A stretch of 64,000 nucleotides of DNA from Spirochaetia bacterium (GTDB taxonomy: Bacteria; Spirochaetota; Spirochaetia; CADAEX01). Below the pieces are notes generated by a model. It was not told where the DNA came from, did no database searches, and saw only the letters and a program-made list of their open reading frames with translations. Below, in pieces: positions 60,501 through 64,000 of the stretch (positions within the stretch are counted from its first letter, which is position 1; each line of letters starts with the position of its first letter). Location of the stretch: contig CAXXHA010000010.1 in the NCBI GenBank assembly GCA_963662265.2, positions 311,518 to 375,517 of the forward strand. Reading direction: 5' to 3'. The position numbers were made by a program, and so were the translations under genes.

Positions 60501-60528
60501 AAAAAAGGGAAGCTGATGCTTCCCCTTT
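60501..60528 (-). terminator. Intrinsic terminator after glyS
   Basis: GGGAAGC-loop-GCTTCCC with T6 on the minus strand. Confidence 0.65.
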
Positions 60529-60576
60529 GGTTATCTTGTGATTTCTTTTTCAGGCAGTAACTTAGTTATAGGTTAC

Positions 60577-62637
60577 TTATTTTTGAAGAAGAGAGATGTC
60601 GGCGATCTGTAGGAACAGGTTGCGCAGATTGTTCAGCAGGGTCAGACGGTTTTTCTTAAGTGCTTCGTCGTCTGTCATTACCATTACGTTATCGAAGAAT
60701 GCATCTACCGGCTCACGCAGGTCCGCAAGTTTGCTTAGGGCTTCTTGGTAGTTACCCGTTGCAAATGCTGGCTCTAGTGCTTCAGTCATCACTTCAACGC
60801 TTTCTGCTAACGCTTTTTCTGCGTCTTCTTGTAGAAGAGATAAATCGATTTCTTCAGCCAGTTCGCCGTCGAATTTCGCCAAGATATTACCTACACGTTT
60901 GTTCGCTGCCGCCAGAGATTCTGCCGCTTCTAGCTCACGGAAGTGAGATACCGCTTTTACGCGTTGATCGAAATCTGCTGGTTTTGTCGGGCGACGTGCC
61001 AGTACAGCATGGATAATATCGACACTGAAGCCTTCGTCTTTATACCATGCATTAAAACGACCCAGCATGAATTCGATAACATCGTGTTCAACGTTGTCGT
61101 TAGTCAGCTTAGAGCCAAATTGTACTTTTGCTTCACGGATCAGGTCGAGCAGGTCTAGGTTATAGCCATTTTCAACGATGATACGCAGTACGCCCAGAGA
61201 AGCACGACGAAGTGCAAATGGGTCGCTGCCTTTTGGAGCTTGACCAATACCGAAGATACCAACGATGGTGTCCAGCTTGTCAGCCATTGCCACTGCAGAA
61301 GAAATCGCGGTGCTTGGCAGAACATCACCAGCGAAACGCGGCATGTACTGCTCGTATAGGGCTAGTGCAACTTGCTCATCTTCACCATCGTGAGTTGCGT
61401 AATGCATACCCATAACACCTTGAGTATCCGTGAATTCGAATACCATTGAGGTCATTAGGTCACACTTCGCCAACAAGCCTGCGCGAGTCGATTTATCAAC
61501 ATCCGCACCAATTTGTTTCGCGATGTAGCCTGCAAGTGCAGTAATGCGATCGGTTTTGTCTTTGATTGTGCCCAGTTGCTTTTGGAAAATCGCGTTTTCC
61601 AGTTCAGGAAGGCGGTCAATCAGTGGACGCTTGCGGTCGGTGTTGAAGAAGAACTCGGCATCGGCAAGACGTGGACGAACCACTTTCTCGTTACCTTCGA
61701 TGACGTAGCGAGGCTCTTTCGATTCAATGTTCGACACAAAGATGAAATTAGGCAGTAGTTTCTTGTCTTCAGAGTAGACAGGGAAGTACTTCTGGTCACC
61801 TTTCATGGTGTAAACCAATGCTTCAGAAGGCACTTTCAGAAATTCTTCTTCGAATTTCGCTGTTAGTACCACTGGCCATTCAACCAGAGAGGTAACTTCT
61901 TCTACCAGGTCATCTTCTAGATCAGCGATACCGCCAACCGCGGCTGCCGCTTTTTTGGCGTCAGCTAGGATGATAGCTTTACGAGCTTCGTAATCCGCCA
62001 TAACTTTACCGCGTTCTTCAAGAATCGCCGGGTATTGCTCAGCAGAGTCGATGGTAAATTCTTGCTCGCCCATAAAGCGGTGACCGCGGATAGTTCGGCC
62101 AGATGCGACGCCAAGGATTTCGCCTTCGATGAGGTCACTGCCCATTAGTATGGTTAGCGTTTTAACCGGACGAATAAATTGAGTCGTCTTGTTACCCCAA
62201 CGCATTGGTTTTGCAATAGGTAGGTTTGCCAGTGCTTTTGCTGCTAGTTCAACGATAAGATCGGAAGTATTAATGCCTTTAACTTCTTTCTCAACATAGA
62301 TTTTTTGCGTCTTCTCATCGACGTTAACGTTACTTAAGTCAACACCATTCTTCTTCGCCCAACCTTCAGCAGCCTTGGTTGGTGAAAGGTTTTCATCAAA
62401 GGCAACAGACTTTGTTGGGCCCATGATTTTAAGAGTTTTATCTTCTTGACCTTCAGCCAACGCTGCCACTTTAAGTGCCAGACGGCGAGGTGCTGCAAAC
62501 CACTTGATGCCTTCATGAGCAAGCTCTGCGCTTGCTAGCTCAGCTTCAAAGTTTGCTGCGAATGCTTCAGCCAGAGTACGAAGTTGCGTTGGTGGTAGCT
62601 CTTCCGTACCCAGCTCGATTAGAAATTCTTTTGCCAT
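60577..62637 (-). CDS. glyS: Glycyl-tRNA synthetase beta subunit
   Basis: [43 protein letters not shown]-terminal DALR domain. Confidence 0.97.
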   Translation of the reverse strand: MAKEFLIELGTEELPPTQLRTLAEAFAANFEAELASAELAHEGIKWFAAPRRLALKVAALAEGQEDKTLKIMGPTKSVAFDENLSPTKAAEGWAKKNGVDLSNVNVDEKTQKIYVEKEVKGINTSDLIVELAAKALANLPIAKPMRWGNKTTQFIRPVKTLTILMGSDLIEGEILGVASGRTIRGHRFMGEQEFTIDSAEQYPAILEERGKVMADYEARKAIILADAKKAAAAVGGIADLEDDLVEEVTSLVEWPVVLTAKFEEEFLKVPSEALVYTMKGDQKYFPVYSEDKKLLPNFIFVSNIESKEPRYVIEGNEKVVRPRLADAEFFFNTDRKRPLIDRLPELENAIFQKQLGTIKDKTDRITALAGYIAKQIGADVDKSTRAGLLAKCDLMTSMVFEFTDTQGVMGMHYATHDGEDEQVALALYEQYMPRFAGDVLPSTAISSAVAMADKLDTIVGIFGIGQAPKGSDPFALRRASLGVLRIIVENGYNLDLLDLIREAKVQFGSKLTNDNVEHDVIEFMLGRFNAWYKDEGFSVDIIHAVLARRPTKPADFDQRVKAVSHFRELEAAESLAAANKRVGNILAKFDGELAEEIDLSLLQEDAEKALAESVEVMTEALEPAFATGNYQEALSKLADLREPVDAFFDNVMVMTDDEALKKNRLTLLNNLRNLFLQIADISLLQK

Positions 62638-62651
62638 GTTAGATCGACCCC

Positions 62652-63572
62652 TTACGCGTTATCTTCTTTTTTACACATTGGGAAGCCAAGTGCTTCACGT
62701 GATGCGTAGTATGCTTCTGCTACTGACTTAGTCAGGTTACGGATGCGCAGGATGTAGCGTTGACGCTCAGTTACTGAGATCGCTTTACGTGCATCTAGCA
62801 GGTTGAACGCGTGGCCTGCTTTTAGGATGCGTTCGTAAGCAGGAAGTGGAAGAGGCTTTTCAAGCGCAACGAGCTGTTGACACTCTTTCTCACACTGTTC
62901 AAAGAAGCCGAATAGGAAATCAACGTCAGCATGCTCGAAGTTGTAAGTTGATTGTTCCACTTCGTTTTGGTGGAAGATATCACCATACGTGACTTTGCTG
63001 CCGTCTGGTGCGATATTCCAAACTAGGTCGTAAACCGAATCTACTTCCTGGATGTACATAGCAAGTCGCTCGATACCGTAAGTAATTTCGCCAGTGACTG
63101 GTTTACACTCAAGGCCACCAACTTGCTGGAAGTAAGTAAACTGTGTCACTTCCATGCCGTTTAGCCATACCTCCCAGCCTAGACCCCATGCGCCTAGAGT
63201 TGGGTTTTCCCAGTTGTCTTCGACGAAACGGATATCGTGTACAAGTGGGTCAATACCAAGAACTTCAAGGGAACCAAGGTACAACTCTTGGATATTGTCT
63301 GGCGATGGTTTTAGCGCTACTTGGAATTGGTAGTAGTGCTGAAGACGGTTAGGGTTTTCACCGTAACGGCCATCAGTAGGACGACGTGAAGGTTGTACAT
63401 AAGCTGTCGACATTGGCTCTGGACCAATTGCTCGTAAACAGGTCATTGGATGAGAGGTACCCGCTCCAACTTCCATATCGAGTGGTTGAACAACGGTACA
63501 ACCATTTTGAGCCCAATAATCCTGCAGCGCGAGGATCATTCCCTGGAAGGTTTTGATATCGTATTTTTGCAT
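62652..63572 (-). CDS. glyQ: Glycyl-tRNA synthetase alpha subunit
   Basis: [39 protein letters not shown]. Confidence 0.97.
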   Translation of the reverse strand: MQKYDIKTFQGMILALQDYWAQNGCTVVQPLDMEVGAGTSHPMTCLRAIGPEPMSTAYVQPSRRPTDGRYGENPNRLQHYYQFQVALKPSPDNIQELYLGSLEVLGIDPLVHDIRFVEDNWENPTLGAWGLGWEVWLNGMEVTQFTYFQQVGGLECKPVTGEITYGIERLAMYIQEVDSVYDLVWNIAPDGSKVTYGDIFHQNEVEQSTYNFEHADVDFLFGFFEQCEKECQQLVALEKPLPLPAYERILKAGHAFNLLDARKAISVTERQRYILRIRNLTKSVAEAYYASREALGFPMCKKEDNA

Positions 63573-63853
63573 AAGTCAGGTTCGCGCGATTCTCTTGTTA
63601 CTCGTAAATTCGCCATCTATGCTGAGTTTTTCAACTCTAACAACGGTGATAAAGAGTAATTACGGTTGAATAAATTAACAATCTAGTATAACCAGATATT
63701 GAGCATGGGAGTAGAGCTAATCTTGATTAATTCATGGGCGATTTTCTCCTTTAATGAATATTTACCACGTTATCTGCTGTATTTTTCTTAAAAGGGAGCT
63801 TTCTGCTGCTTTGGTGCTTGAGATGCATAACAAGGTTGGCTAGAATTGCGCCT

Positions 63854-63978
63854 GTCTTTGGGGAGTAGCTTACCCGGTGAAGTTTCCATTTCATCAGGTT
63901 CGTTCGTCAACATAATTGGTGCAAAATCACCATGGCGCTCGAGACTCGAAGCCTTTCGAGTTTAGCAAGACCTTAGAC
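63854..63978 (+). ncRNA. yybP-ykoY Mn2+ riboswitch
   Basis: GGGGAGTAGC...TCGTCAACA...GGCG...GCAAGACC consensus blocks closed by GTCT/AGAC; the controlled gene lies outside the window. Confidence 0.8.
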
Positions 63979-64000
63979 AAATCACACGAACCGGGGTGGG

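Noticed and set aside
57040-64000. Vibrio segment as a horizontally acquired island
   Set aside because: It contains core genes, both junction genes are broken, and there are no mobility features; an artefact is more parsimonious.

Overview
The window is chimeric. Bases 1 to ~57040 look like the chromosome of a free-living Spirochaetota: class I LysRS, tRNA-Arg(GCG) and 'FAGG'-type solute-binding-protein signal peptides point to this. That part holds housekeeping genes (cheB end, djlA, pth, recR, ybaB, dnaX, era, clpP, purC, hisA/hisE, rsmE, ctpA, lgt), a stable-RNA operon (four tRNA-Ser, tRNA-Arg, SRP RNA), tRNA-Leu, ABC transporters and several c-di-GMP proteins. At ~57040 the sequence jumps mid-gene from asnA into a Vibrio-type segment (truncated avtA, alpha-amylase, glyS, glyQ, yybP-ykoY riboswitch), most likely an assembly or concatenation artefact. 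Single-base insertions clustered at 4.2-7.6 kb break dnaX and a diguanylate cyclase and look like sequencing errors. The strongest novelty candidates are: (1) a PTS Enzyme I with intact catalytic motifs fused to a degenerate GGDEF domain that keeps its RxxD I-site (54028-56454), a possible c-di-GMP-gated PTS; (2) a 57-aa stand-alone MshEN protein, missed by the ORF track, directly upstream of a CX5R phosphatase and facing an ADP-ribosylglycohydrolase; (3) an unassigned structured, terminator-ended leader before a glycine-betaine binding protein; (4) several structured intergenic elements; and (5) a divergent patch in the Vibrio GlyS. All family assignments come from motif recognition by eye; no database searches were run.
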